This document shows, one piece after another, positions 1-9,929 of a DNA stretch of 64,000 nucleotides (position 1 is its first letter; every line of letters starts with the position of its first letter). The DNA comes from Cyanophyceae cyanobacterium. Lineage in GTDB: Bacteria; Cyanobacteriota; Cyanobacteriia; Cyanobacteriales; JBHJGN01. A model generated the notes under the pieces. That model did no database searches. It saw only the letters and a list, made by a program, of their open reading frames with translations, and was not told the DNA's origin. Made by a program: the position numbers and the translations under genes. The stretch spans positions 64,001 through 128,000 of the forward strand of contig JBHJGN010000023.1 of NCBI GenBank assembly GCA_050331735.1, written 5' to 3'.

Positions 1-2
1 TT

Positions 3-680
3 CTAATTCGCTGGCGATTCCTCCTCCGGTGGGAGGGGGCTCGCACCGGGAAGAGGCTCTTCTGCGGGAGTAGGCAGAGTTTCGCTAGGGTTCGACTCTA
101 ATACTGGTTCTGGATCGCGGACTTCGGGCACTGGGATAAAGAAGAACGCGATCGCCGCTAAGGCTACACTAGCAGTTCCGAGGGCTGCCGGGGCTGCCCG
201 CTGCACGAGCGGTTCTTCTGCTTGACGGTAGCGACGAGACACAGGCTGTAGCGATAGCGTCAGCTCAGGAAGGGTTTGACTGTCGGCAAATAGCTGATCG
301 ACTGCTTCGACAAGATCGAAAAGCTGTACCGTGGTCAAATCCAGCTCTACTGTCTGCGACGGACCCGACTGCCAGACTAAACGATGAACATTTTTGTTAG
401 CGGTCCTCGCTAAGGAGACTGTATCAGTTCCCTCTTGAGGCTGAGGGTGAGGGAGCTCGCTTAAATATTCCTGGGCATAAGCACTAACGGCTTTGACTAA
501 GCTATCGAGAAAATCTCGCCCACCACTCAAAATTTGTTGAATCCCCACAAAACGGCATTCGGCGTTAACCAGGAGCGATAGTGGCGGGCGCTCGGAACTG
601 AGGCCAGCGGCGCTGTCGTTACTTAATCCTTCCAAGATCAGGGTACAGTTGGGGAGGCTATACTGTCGGCGAATCGTCAT
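3..680 (-). CDS. DUF4335-family conserved cyanobacterial membrane protein
   Basis: N-terminal RRQYSLPNCTLILEGL and QLFDLVEAVDQ motifs; one TM segment and a Pro-rich tail; overlaps the upstream gene (ATGA). Confidence 0.75.
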   Translation of the reverse strand: MTIRRQYSLPNCTLILEGLSNDSAAGLSSERPPLSLLVNAECRFVGIQQILSGGRDFLDSLVKAVSAYAQEYLSELPHPQPQEGTDTVSLARTANKNVHRLVWQSGPSQTVELDLTTVQLFDLVEAVDQLFADSQTLPELTLSLQPVSRRYRQAEEPLVQRAAPAALGTASVALAAIAFFFIPVPEVRDPEPVLESNPSETLPTPAEEPLPGASPLPPEEESPAN

Positions 681-1306
681 GCTACCTCTCCATCAAATAG
701 ACTCGTCCAGAAACGCTTCATTCCTGCCGTACCCGTACAAAACAATAGCTGACTCAATAGCGATAACGCCAATTCATTCAAGGCTTCCTCTGAGCTTAAA
801 TAAACAGCAACCTTAGCGCGACGGACATTCATCCGGCTGCGGAAGTGGGCCCGAAACCGTTCCAGATACTCAGACAAGCGAAAGTGATTTTCAAGGGGCA
901 GACCTTTCTCTTTTAGCTGCTGTTCCGCTAGCAGGAGTTGCCGAATCAGAACGGTTAGGCGCTTTGCTAGGTAGCTGGCAATCACTACTAGAGCTTTTGC
1001 TTCTTCTAACTTTAGCGATTGGCGAGCATAGGAACGTCGCCAAGGATTTGTGCGGCGCAGTCGCCAAAGACCCACTCGGCTGTGGATGATTTTTTGCAGC
1101 TCTAGTTCTTTCGTGGTTGCCAACATATATTCCGATCCTCCTAGCTGAAGAGCTTCAATTGCTAGAAGCAACAGGTCAATTTTTCGTCCAACTCTCGCTG
1201 AACATCCCCGTGCCGAAACTGGAAAATCGGGTAATGCATCCAAAATTACAGGCTTAGTCTGGTCGGAAGCAGTAGAATTGGGCATTACGCTCGTAGAATC
1301 ACTCAT
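677..1306 (-). CDS. DUF3038-family conserved cyanobacterial protein
   Basis: IDLLLLAIEAL, LWRLRRTNPWRR and LLFCTGTAGMKRFWTSLFDGEV motifs; usual pairing with DUF4335. Confidence 0.8.
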   Translation of the reverse strand: MSDSTSVMPNSTASDQTKPVILDALPDFPVSARGCSARVGRKIDLLLLAIEALQLGGSEYMLATTKELELQKIIHSRVGLWRLRRTNPWRRSYARQSLKLEEAKALVVIASYLAKRLTVLIRQLLLAEQQLKEKGLPLENHFRLSEYLERFRAHFRSRMNVRRAKVAVYLSSEEALNELALSLLSQLLFCTGTAGMKRFWTSLFDGEVA

Positions 1307-1630
1307 TTCAAAGTCGCTTAATAAAGGTCAATCCTTTTTGGCTCTCTGTTGCTGTATGTCTAAATTAACTAACTTTTGCTCTGCTTGTCTCATTCCCTGG
1401 TTTGCTCTGCCCACTAGCCTGTAAGCGGGATTAATTACCTTCTGATACCATCAAAGCCTTGTGAAGCAACTTCATGGAGGAGCAAATCATAAAAGAATTT
1501 GCCCAGTCTAACATTGTACGATTTTTTTTGGGAAGCGAGATCTGCTAAATTTGATGTCATTGTTTGAGACCAAGTTGAAGTATTAAACCCTGAATGTCCT
1601 GCTACTACTACCCTAAAGAACAGCGTTTTT

Positions 1631-2149
1631 ATGGATTTGAAAGCACTCATTCGCGATATCCCAGATTTTCCCAAGCCGGGAATTCTCTTTCGCGATATCA
1701 CGACGCTACTGCGCCATGCCGATGGTTTTCGCTATACCGTTAATGCTCTGACTCAAAAGTGTCGAGAGGCAAATTTGCAGCCGGATTACGTCGTCGGTAT
1801 TGAGTCCCGTGGCTTTATTTTTGGTCCGCCTCTGGCCTATAACTTGCAGGCAGGATTTATTCCTGTTCGCAAGCCAGGTAAGCTTCCGGCCCATGTCCAT
1901 ACGGTTGAATACCAGCTAGAGTATGGAACCGATAAACTAGAAATTCATCAAGATGCTCTTACCCCTCAGTCCCAGGTTCTCATTATCGACGACCTGTTGG
2001 CAACGGGAGGAACAGCAAAAGCCACCGCAGATTTGTTAGAAAAAGTTGGCTGTGAGGTACTGGGGTTCGGTTTTATTATTGAGCTCACAGAGTTAGCTGG
2101 TCGCAACAAGCTACCGCAGCGACCCATTATTACTTTGGTAGAGTACTAA
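1631..2149 (+). CDS. apt: Adenine phosphoribosyltransferase
   Basis: [36 protein letters not shown] and the PRPP-binding [11 protein letters not shown] motif. Confidence 0.97.
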   Translation: MDLKALIRDIPDFPKPGILFRDITTLLRHADGFRYTVNALTQKCREANLQPDYVVGIESRGFIFGPPLAYNLQAGFIPVRKPGKLPAHVHTVEYQLEYGTDKLEIHQDALTPQSQVLIIDDLLATGGTAKATADLLEKVGCEVLGFGFIIELTELAGRNKLPQRPIITLVEY

Positions 2150-2270
2150 AATAAATCGCGAACGCGATGGGAAAAGGAAAACTAGCTAGTCCGGTTCTTG
2201 TCCCTTCTGTTTTGTACTCCCTAATCCGACAATCGGAGAGGGGAAAGAGACATCTTGGGGAAGTCAGACC

Positions 2271-2298
2271 ACCATTAACCATCAACCATTAACCATCA
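2271..2298 (+). repeat. Heptamer short tandem repeat (ACCATTA/ACCATCA)x4, STRR-like
   Basis: accatta-accatca-accatta-accatca read directly; related arrays on the other strand near 3690, 37347-37379 and 52695-52722. Confidence 0.8.
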
Positions 2299-2309
2299 AC
2301 AAACTGCCT

Positions 2310-3353
2310 ATGACTTCTACTAGGAATGCTCCCCTCAAGACAAATTGGCTGCCAGCCTTGGTCGCGAACGAAACTTTTCTTTATGTTGTCAAACGGCTTC
2401 TCCAGGGGCTGTTAACCTTGTTTCTCGCTTCCGCTCTGAGCTTCGCCATCATTCAGCTAGCTCCGGGAAACTATTTAGATAATCTGCGGCAAAATCCCAC
2501 CATTTCCCAAGAAACCTTGGATGCCCTAGAAAGACAGTTTGGTTTAGATCAGCCTGCTTTGATTCAGTACTGGCGCTGGCTGACGCAGGTGGTAACTCGC
2601 TTCGATTTTGGCATTAGTTTTGTTTATTCTCGCTCAGTCGCTTCGCTGCTGCTAGAGCGCATTCCGGCCACTTTGCTCCTGGCCATATCTACCATTATCA
2701 TTACCTGGGCGATCGCCATTCCGCTCGGCATTGTCAGCGCGGTTAAACAAAACACCTTCACTGACAAAATTCTGCGCGTGATTAGCTATCTAGGTCAGGG
2801 GTTTCCCAGCTTTATTACCGCGCTCCTGTTACTCATTATTGCTCAAAATACCTCGCCGCTGTTTCCCGTCGGCGGCATGACGAGTATTAACCACGACCAG
2901 TTTTCCCCCATCGGCAAGGTGCTCGATATTGGCTGGCACATGATCCTCCCGGTGATTGCGCTGACCATTACTAGCTTTGCCGGGCTACAGCGTTTGACAA
3001 GAGGTCAGCTTCTCGACGTGCTGCGCCAAGACTACATTCAGACGGCTCGCGCTAAGGGTCTGCCGGAAAGTAAGGTGCTCTACGTTCACGCTCTGCGGAA
3101 CGCCGTTAACCCCCTGATTACGCTGTTGGGGTTTGAGTTTGCCAGTTTGCTCAGCGGTGCTTTCATTGCCGAGTATTTCTTTAACTGGCCCGGTTTAGGA
3201 CGCTTGATTCTGCAAGCAGTGCAGGCTCAAGATCTCTATTTGGTGATGGCGAGCTTGATGATGGGAGCGGCGATGCTGATTGTTGGTAATCTCCTTGCAG
3301 ATCTACTGCTGAAGGTAGTCGATCCGCGGATTCGCCTCGAGAATCTGGAGTAA
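2310..3353 (+). CDS. Peptide/nickel ABC transporter permease (DppB/OppB family)
   Basis: FGLDQP..QYWRWL, EAA-like DYIQTARAKGL..HALRNA, FNWPGLGRL and C-terminal VDPRIR. Confidence 0.92.
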   Translation: MTSTRNAPLKTNWLPALVANETFLYVVKRLLQGLLTLFLASALSFAIIQLAPGNYLDNLRQNPTISQETLDALERQFGLDQPALIQYWRWLTQVVTRFDFGISFVYSRSVASLLLERIPATLLLAISTIIITWAIAIPLGIVSAVKQNTFTDKILRVISYLGQGFPSFITALLLLIIAQNTSPLFPVGGMTSINHDQFSPIGKVLDIGWHMILPVIALTITSFAGLQRLTRGQLLDVLRQDYIQTARAKGLPESKVLYVHALRNAVNPLITLLGFEFASLLSGAFIAEYFFNWPGLGRLILQAVQAQDLYLVMASLMMGAAMLIVGNLLADLLLKVVDPRIRLENLE

Positions 3354-3382
3354 TCCCCTTTCCGTTCAATTCAACTCAAGTT

Positions 3383-3658
3383 ATGCTGTCTCAACTTTAC
3401 CTAATTCGTTCCAAAGCTGATGGGTCATATCTGGCGGCTCATCCGACCGATGAGGCTAACTATCTCTTGATGTTTAGAGAAAAATTTGAGGCGCTATCGT
3501 ACCTCAACACGCACGGTCAAGGAGTTGCTGATCGCTTTGCGGTTGAATCAATTCCGGGAACTCAGCTCAAAGCCCTGCTTCAGCGCTGGGGGTTTAGCGG
3601 CGTGGGGTTAGTGCAAGATCCGTTGATTCCGCAGATTCAGTTTATGACTTATCAGTAA
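3383..3658 (+). CDS. Conserved cyanobacterial hypothetical protein
   Basis: 91-aa ORF with YLIRSKADGSYL and LQRWGFSGVGLVQDPLIP; coding-like, same strand as the upstream gene. Confidence 0.7.
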   Translation: MLSQLYLIRSKADGSYLAAHPTDEANYLLMFREKFEALSYLNTHGQGVADRFAVESIPGTQLKALLQRWGFSGVGLVQDPLIPQIQFMTYQ

Positions 3659-3756
3659 GTCGTGGTTTTCAATAGCGTGTTGAGATTTTTGTTGATGGTT
3701 GATGGTCTGCTCATTCCGTTGTTGGAAACAAGGACTAATTTAAAACAGAGAAGCTC

Positions 3757-4704
3757 CTAGTCAACGAGCTGTAGCAGTCCTTGAGCGAGGCGATCGCGGA
3801 TTTGTCTAACTTTGTCTTGTTCCGCAGCGCCTAGAGATGCTTGCTGCATTAACCCGAGCAGGCAACTTTGCTGCTGGCGAGTGATTTGCCGCCGCTGTAG
3901 AATATCGTCAAGGTGGTTGCTGCAAACGCGATGTTTCCCACTATTGCTAGTTTGACTGGAAGAAAAAGACTGGAGAAAAAAATCAAGAGTACTTTGCTTA
4001 AGTAAGCCCTTGAGCACCGCCACTGAACCAAAACGAAGTCCGGTCTGTTGTTGCTCAGCAAGAATGGCTTGAATTTGTTTGTCGGTGAGCAGAGCCGCCT
4101 GTTTGAAGTATTGACCAATAGGCTGAGGGCGATCGCCCTCAGCACAGGGGTTTGCCCAATCTTGGTAGGAAAAGCTTTGCCACTGGTCAACGACAAAATT
4201 AACTGTTTCCTGCTTCAGCCATCCTCGCAACGCTAATATTTCTCCCAGCTTAAGCTCAGTAACCGCTTGATCTCGTAAAGCCATTTCAATCTGTGCCGCC
4301 GAGACCAGACCTGCTTCTTGTAAAATAGCGCCCAGCGGTTTCTTGTCGGCAGAATACTCAGTGTCGATGAGATAGCGAGCTTTAACATCGTAGCCGAGAT
4401 CGATTACGTCTCCGTGTTGCAGTTCCCGCACCGAGCATTTTTCTCGATTAACCAAAATCCCGTTCTTACTCCTGTTGCCGTGAAGATCGCCATCAAAAAT
4501 GTAGTAAGAACATCGATGAGTGGTGCGATCTTGCTTGAGGACCAAGGTGGCGTGATGTCGGGAAATCTGGTTAGAGGAAATCACAATCGAATTGCCGACA
4601 TGACGACCAATAGAATAAACGGTGCCCTGTAGCACTTCAGGCTTGTCTAAACCTTCTATGACTAAAACGGCTTGAAAAGGCGGGACCAAATCGGAAGTTG
4701 ACAT
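3757..4704 (-). CDS. FHA-domain protein with two MshEN-like (GSPII N-terminal) repeats
   Basis: FHA motifs IGR..ISRHHA..SKNG; LGAILQEAGLVSAAQIEMALRDQ..KLGEILALRGWL and a second similar unit. Confidence 0.8.
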   Translation of the reverse strand: MSTSDLVPPFQAVLVIEGLDKPEVLQGTVYSIGRHVGNSIVISSNQISRHHATLVLKQDRTTHRCSYYIFDGDLHGNRSKNGILVNREKCSVRELQHGDVIDLGYDVKARYLIDTEYSADKKPLGAILQEAGLVSAAQIEMALRDQAVTELKLGEILALRGWLKQETVNFVVDQWQSFSYQDWANPCAEGDRPQPIGQYFKQAALLTDKQIQAILAEQQQTGLRFGSVAVLKGLLKQSTLDFFLQSFSSSQTSNSGKHRVCSNHLDDILQRRQITRQQQSCLLGLMQQASLGAAEQDKVRQIRDRLAQGLLQLVD

Positions 4705-5057
4705 AACTAGATGCTGAGAGTCGCTATTTACTCATTTCATAATGGATTTTTAGATAAACAAACTCGTCATTCCCACTGAAACCTGTCAAGATAGCCCCCT
4801 TGCTAGTTAGTTTTACTGAATCAACATTCGCTCTCCATTAATGAATCACTACCAGCCTGTATAAGCCTTGAGCGGGACGCAGGCAGGGCTGCCCTAGACG
4901 GAGGAACTTCCCTGACGGTCAGTCGTCGGTAATATTGCTTACCTTACTCGCCATTAGGCTTTTGCAGACCGAGCCAGCTTGCTTTGAGGCGAATACAAGC
5001 TTACCTACTGTCATTCCTGCTCATTTCGTGCCTATGAAAATCTGCTCCTGTCAAGCA

Positions 5058-6065
5058 ATGGGAACCACTTTGTTGAAACTGATGGTGACAGTTTTGCCGG
5101 GGTGTTTCACTTTGTTGACCCATAGCAGCGCCGCTTGGTCTGGAGAGCTAGAATACTGGAGATTTAATGCTCAACTCAGCCGCTTAGAAATTATTACCGC
5201 AGAGGCTGTTCGTCCCCAGGTGCAGCTCATTGGCAACCCAACTCGTTTAGTGGTCGATTTGCCCGACACCAATCTAGGACAGCCCCCGAAAAGTCAAATG
5301 ATTGGTCGCTTTGTAAAAGAGGTGCGGGTCGGTCAGTTTAATCCTCAGACAACCCGAATGGTTGTTGAACTAGGTGAGTATACGATGCGTCCCCAAGAGA
5401 TTCGGGTTCGCAGCCTCGCGCCCAATCGCTGGTTTGTGCAGTTGCCCAAACTCCAGCCGCTCTCGGAGCGATTACCTCCCGCCAACGGGGCCGTGGTGAT
5501 CGCCGTTTTTCCGCCCCAGCCTCATCCAGCTAGCAGAACCGTCGTCGCCATCGATCCGGGTCATGGGGGAGTCGATCCCGGAGCAATTGGACGCGACGGG
5601 ATTCAAGAGAAAAATATTAATCTGCCTATTGCTCTGGAGGTGGCTAAAATCCTGAAACAGCAGGGAATGCAGGTAGAGTTAACTCGGACAGGCGATCACG
5701 ATGTTTCCCTTTCCTCTCGGGTTGCCCAGGCAGAAAGAGCCAATGCGGCTCTTTTTGTTAGTATTCACGCTAATGCAATTAGTCTCAGCCGACCAGAAGT
5801 CAATGGTTTAGAAACGTACTACTATCGCAGCGGCGTTCGGTTAGCTCAAAGCATTCACAACAGCATTCTGCGTCGTCTCGACGTTCGCGATCGCGGCGTG
5901 AAGCAGGCTCGGTTTTACGTGCTTAGAGAAACGTCGATGCCAGCAGTGCTGGTAGAAGTTGGCTTTGTAACGGGGAGTGAAGATAGCCGTAACTTAGTCA
6001 ACGCCGCCTATCGTCAGCGGATGGCGGAGGCGATCACCGCTGGCATTGTTCAGTATCTTCAATAA
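5058..6065 (+). CDS. N-acetylmuramoyl-L-alanine amidase (AMIN + Amidase_3)
   Basis: AMIN (PTRLVVDLP, VRVGQF); IDPGHGGVDPGA, FVSIHAN, AVLVEVGF. Start uncertain: the track gives TTG 4935; ATG 5058 chosen for signal-peptide length. Confidence 0.9.
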   Translation: MGTTLLKLMVTVLPGCFTLLTHSSAAWSGELEYWRFNAQLSRLEIITAEAVRPQVQLIGNPTRLVVDLPDTNLGQPPKSQMIGRFVKEVRVGQFNPQTTRMVVELGEYTMRPQEIRVRSLAPNRWFVQLPKLQPLSERLPPANGAVVIAVFPPQPHPASRTVVAIDPGHGGVDPGAIGRDGIQEKNINLPIALEVAKILKQQGMQVELTRTGDHDVSLSSRVAQAERANAALFVSIHANAISLSRPEVNGLETYYYRSGVRLAQSIHNSILRRLDVRDRGVKQARFYVLRETSMPAVLVEVGFVTGSEDSRNLVNAAYRQRMAEAITAGIVQYLQ

Positions 6066-6207
6066 AATTAAGAGCAAACTCCTAGTAGTCTTGTAGCAAA
6101 TTTCTGCCGGTGTTTCTGTCAACGGTTGTACAGATGCTTTTTCCGATGACCGCTAGTTTAAAATTACCCCTGTAAAGTACTCAGGAATCTTCTGCTATTG
6201 AAACTCT

Positions 6208-6999
6208 ATGCCGCAACTTTGGACATTAACCCAAGGAGATCAGCCCGTCATCGCTGTTGCGCTCCACGATGGTCACGACGTGCGCCCAGAAGTAGAAAAA
6301 CTGTTTGCCCTCAGTAGAGATGAGCGCAAGCGCGAAGAAGACCCCTTCACGGCTCGCTGGACAGATATTGCCGATACCCGCTTGGTGGTGCTGCGATCGC
6401 GCTTTGAACTAGATTTAAATCGACCAAGACATAAAACGGTTTATCTCCAGCCCGAAGATGCTTGGGGCCTCAAGGTCTGGCGCGAACCACCTCCAGCAGA
6501 TATTTTGGAGCGAACTTTAGCAGAATACGATGCTTTTTACTCCACCGTTAAGGAGCTTTGCCAAAGTTTCGAGCAGCGCTACGGACACTTTGTCATTTAC
6601 GACCTTCATACCTACAATCATTATCGGGACGGACAGCATGCTTCCCCCGCAGCACCATCTCACAATCCAGAAGTGAATTTGGGAACAGACTATATTGACC
6701 GAGACTACTGGTCTCCTGTGGTCGAGCGTTTTCTCGACGATATGCGTCGCTTCCAATTTTTAGGCGAGCAGTTAGATGTACGAGAGAACGTCAAGTTTTA
6801 CGGTGGATATTTTGCTCAATGGGTCAGCCAGCACTTTCCTCGTTCAGCCTGCGTGTTGTCTGTCGAGGTGAAGAAGTTCTTCATGAACGAATGGACTCAT
6901 CAACCGGATCTAATCAAGCTAGAATCTGTGCATCAGGCACTGCGAGCTACGGTACCAGGAGTAATAGAGGAATTGCAGCGGCTTTCTAAAGCAGCATAA
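6208..6999 (+). CDS. N-formylglutamate amidohydrolase family protein
   Basis: VALHDGH, REEDPFT, SRFELDLNR, DLHTYNH, ENVKFYGG and VEVKKFFMNEW motifs. Confidence 0.85.
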   Translation: MPQLWTLTQGDQPVIAVALHDGHDVRPEVEKLFALSRDERKREEDPFTARWTDIADTRLVVLRSRFELDLNRPRHKTVYLQPEDAWGLKVWREPPPADILERTLAEYDAFYSTVKELCQSFEQRYGHFVIYDLHTYNHYRDGQHASPAAPSHNPEVNLGTDYIDRDYWSPVVERFLDDMRRFQFLGEQLDVRENVKFYGGYFAQWVSQHFPRSACVLSVEVKKFFMNEWTHQPDLIKLESVHQALRATVPGVIEELQRLSKAA

Positions 7000-7269
7000 A
7001 CAGCAAGCGGCTGGTAGTTTTTCTGGAGAAAATCTTGCTGTATTCAGCATTACAGAGAAAGAATTTAAAGACACTGTAGCTCTCAGAGTGACAACTAGCG
7101 GAAGGCATTTGGTTACATAGCAGTTGCTGTAGATGCTCTAGAGCAAGTCTTGGCTAAACAGACGATATAAATCTTACAGGTGTACATTAAATATTTAAAG
7201 TGTACATGGTTGTAATTATAAGTGTACGAAGTTGTAATTTGAGCGTATAAAGTAGACAATATAAGTGTT

Positions 7270-7550
7270 ATAGAGAAGGGAAGTCTAGATAAACAAGGTT
7301 ATAAGAATAGCAGTCGAGCTTTAGTCATCCCTTAATCCCTCAGATCTGCCCTGTATTGTACAATCTCCATGAATATAAAACTGGTTTGGACAAGAATGAA
7401 ATAGATCCTGATTGGGAATACAAATCAGAAACTCTGCGTATGTTTTTAGAGTTTATAGACTCGGAGATAGAGGCTGATCCATCAAAGCTAGTTTCTCCAC
7501 ATGATTTAGGCTATGATTCTGACGAGGAGCTAACGACAGGAGTTCTGTAG
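7270..7550 (+). pseudogene. Degenerate PrlF/AbrB-like antitoxin
   Basis: C-terminal LRMFLEFIDSEIEADPSKLV resembles PrlF tails; an upstream frame reads SRALVIP*SLRSAL (AbrB-like, stop-interrupted, different frame); lies directly before the YhaV-like gene. Confidence 0.5.
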
Positions 7551-7553
7551 ATC

Positions 7554-8000
7554 TTGGTAGAGCCATTAATTAGAAAGGGATGGAAATAAATATTCCATCC
7601 TCTTTTCAGTAAACAGTACAAAGTATTGGTGGCTCGGGCAGGGCAGCTTAAGCAAAAGCTTACTGAATCTGACTATAAGCAACATCCTGACGTTAAACTT
7701 TTTACAATTATCCGTTTATTAATAGATGAAAAAATTCCTATCGCTCCGCCTGCGTCTCATTTTGCTCTAAGGGGAGATCTTAAAAAGTTCTCTCGCGTCA
7801 AGGGGATGGGGTTGCCTAAAAGATATAGATTATTTTTTCGGGCTGATCCAGTTACTTCGACAATTGTAATCATCTGGTTGGGTTATCCAAGAAAAGAGGG
7901 AGACACAAAGGATTGCTATACGGTGTTTGCCAAAAAGGTATCAAGAGGAGAAATCCCACAAAGTATTGAGGAGCTACTCTCTAGTGTTGAAAGCTGGTAG
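7554..8000 (+). pseudogene. YhaV-family type II toxin (RelE-like RNase) with an in-frame TAA at 7587-7589
   Basis: From TTG 7554 the frame reads MVEPLIRKGWK*IFHPLF..; downstream RYRLFFR, IVIIWLG..RKEG..KDCYTVFAK are YhaV-like motifs. Confidence 0.75.
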
Positions 8001-8071
8001 CCATAACCGTCCACAAAAGTTGACTTCTCAAAGGTTAGTTTAACTTAAGGATTTTTATTGAAGCCACTTAT

Positions 8072-9316
8072 TCATCTCATCCCAGCTTGAGCCAGTTGCG
8101 GCTTACGTCCTTTTAACCCTGTCATCAACTGAAGGGCAAACACTTTAACAGGCGGCAATGTGCGCATTGTCCACAGCCCAAGACGGCGACTGGCGACAAC
8201 AGGCAGCCAGTTATTGGAAAACGTCCGGTCAAGAAGATCGGTGAACCCTAAAATCGCTAAGTTCTCCCGCTTGCGCCAGCGTTCGTAGCGCTTCAGAACG
8301 CGAATATCGCCAATATCCTGACCGCGCTGATGCGCCGCTTGCAGAACTTGAGCCAATGCCGCCGCATCCCGAATCCCTAGATTTAACCCCTGTCCTCCTA
8401 CCGGATGGCAGCAGTGCGCCGCATCTCCTACTAAGGCGAGTCTGTGTTTAACGTAGCGATCGCTCTGCATGAGCTGCACCGGAAACACGACGCGATCGCC
8501 CGCTAGCTCTAATCGTCCCAAAAGACCGCCTGTATACTGTTCTAGCCTAGTTAGAAATTCTTGCTCATCGAGAGCCTGTAGCGCCTGCGCTTGAGCGTGA
8601 GGATTCGTCCACACTACCTGGCAGCGGTTCCCCGGTAGCGGTAATACGCCCATCGGACCGGTAGACCAGAAGCGCTCAAAGGCCGTCTCGTTTTCAGGAG
8701 CCTGATGGCGGATGGTGGTGGCGACGCAGGACTGCCAGTATTTCCAGCCGCGAGTGCGGATTCCGGCACTGGTGCGAATCTGCGATCGCGCTCCATCGGC
8801 TCCGACAACTAATTTGGCGCGTAGCTGCCGTTTTTCCCCGGCTTGGCTGACCGTCAGCCAAGCCCACTCCTCGTACTTAACTCCGACCACTTCCGCCGGA
8901 CACAGCCAGCTAATATTTGAGCAGTGAGCTGTAGTTTCCTGGAGAGCCGAGAGCAGCACCCGATGTTCGGCGACGTATCCTAGGAACTCTCGGCCTAAGT
9001 CATCTGTGTTAAATACAACTCCTGCGCGGTCGGAGTCAGACAGGTGAATGCGCCGAAACTGAGCAATGTGGGGCCGCATCTTGCCCCACACCCCTAATCC
9101 TTCATAGATGAGGCCAGAGAGAACCGTAATGGCATAAGCTTGTCTACGCGAAATGGCTACTGCCAGGGGCTTTGCTTCAATGATTGCGATCTTCAATCCA
9201 GTTTCCTTCAAGGCCACTGCTAACGTTGCACCAACAATTCCGCCACCCACAATGGCGATATCATATATGTCTTCGCTCTGTTCCTGACTAAGCGGACTTA
9301 GCTGCTCCAGCGTCAT
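8072..9316 (-). CDS. UbiH/COQ6-family FAD-dependent hydroxylase
   Basis: DIAIVGGGIVG, VVGADGARS, LVGDAAHCCHPVGGQGLNLGIRD. Confidence 0.92.
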   Translation of the reverse strand: MTLEQLSPLSQEQSEDIYDIAIVGGGIVGATLAVALKETGLKIAIIEAKPLAVAISRRQAYAITVLSGLIYEGLGVWGKMRPHIAQFRRIHLSDSDRAGVVFNTDDLGREFLGYVAEHRVLLSALQETTAHCSNISWLCPAEVVGVKYEEWAWLTVSQAGEKRQLRAKLVVGADGARSQIRTSAGIRTRGWKYWQSCVATTIRHQAPENETAFERFWSTGPMGVLPLPGNRCQVVWTNPHAQAQALQALDEQEFLTRLEQYTGGLLGRLELAGDRVVFPVQLMQSDRYVKHRLALVGDAAHCCHPVGGQGLNLGIRDAAALAQVLQAAHQRGQDIGDIRVLKRYERWRKRENLAILGFTDLLDRTFSNNWLPVVASRRLGLWTMRTLPPVKVFALQLMTGLKGRKPQLAQAGMR

Positions 9317-9528
9317 TTTTAACGTTTCTTAAGAAAAAGACAAAAAAGTTTAACCTACTTTTATTGTGACGCGAACAGCCTCGACGATCAAGGAGAAAAC
9401 CAAAGAAAAGAAGCCTGGCTGCCAGTCGTCATGATTGCCTGAACCACACCCATTTAACTCACCAAATTATTACCGCTCCGGCAACGCCAGCAAAGATAGC
9501 TCTTCGATCAGGTCAAGCAGAGAAAGAA

Positions 9529-9711
9529 CTACTGGCCAAACTCTCGCCGCGCTGATTCGACCACTTCGACGGTAATTTCATCAGCTTGAGCAGACCGTGC
9601 TAACTGTTCAATCCGCTGACGCGCTTGAGAGCGAACAAAAAAGGGAATATTTTTGAGCTTAGCTTCTGCTTCCGGTGTCCAGCGTGGCGTATCGCTATCA
9701 AAGTCGCTCAT
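9529..9711 (-). CDS. PCP-reductase-family small protein (ChlB C-terminal-like domain)
   Basis: [29 protein letters not shown] motif. Confidence 0.85.
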   Translation of the reverse strand: MSDFDSDTPRWTPEAEAKLKNIPFFVRSQARQRIEQLARSAQADEITVEVVESARREFGQ

Positions 9712-9929
9712 TGCTCATCAGCTCTCAACTTTAGTATCGGTTACTTCAATCGTACTGCTTCTTTACGGCAAGACAAAAGGACAACAGCAATTCTTAATCC
9801 TGATCGATTGGCAAGCGATCGCTTTTTAGTCACCTTCAAAGTCGTTGATCAACACAGCAAGACAGGAGAATTTCGTTAAGCTCAAAGAAGATCATTGATG
9901 AAAGCTCAATTATTAATTCTCTGCAATTT

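Noticed and set aside
4855..4935. GC-rich segment upstream of the amidase as a possible c-di-AMP (ydaO) riboswitch
   Set aside because: Conserved ydaO blocks could not be matched by eye; an Rfam scan is needed
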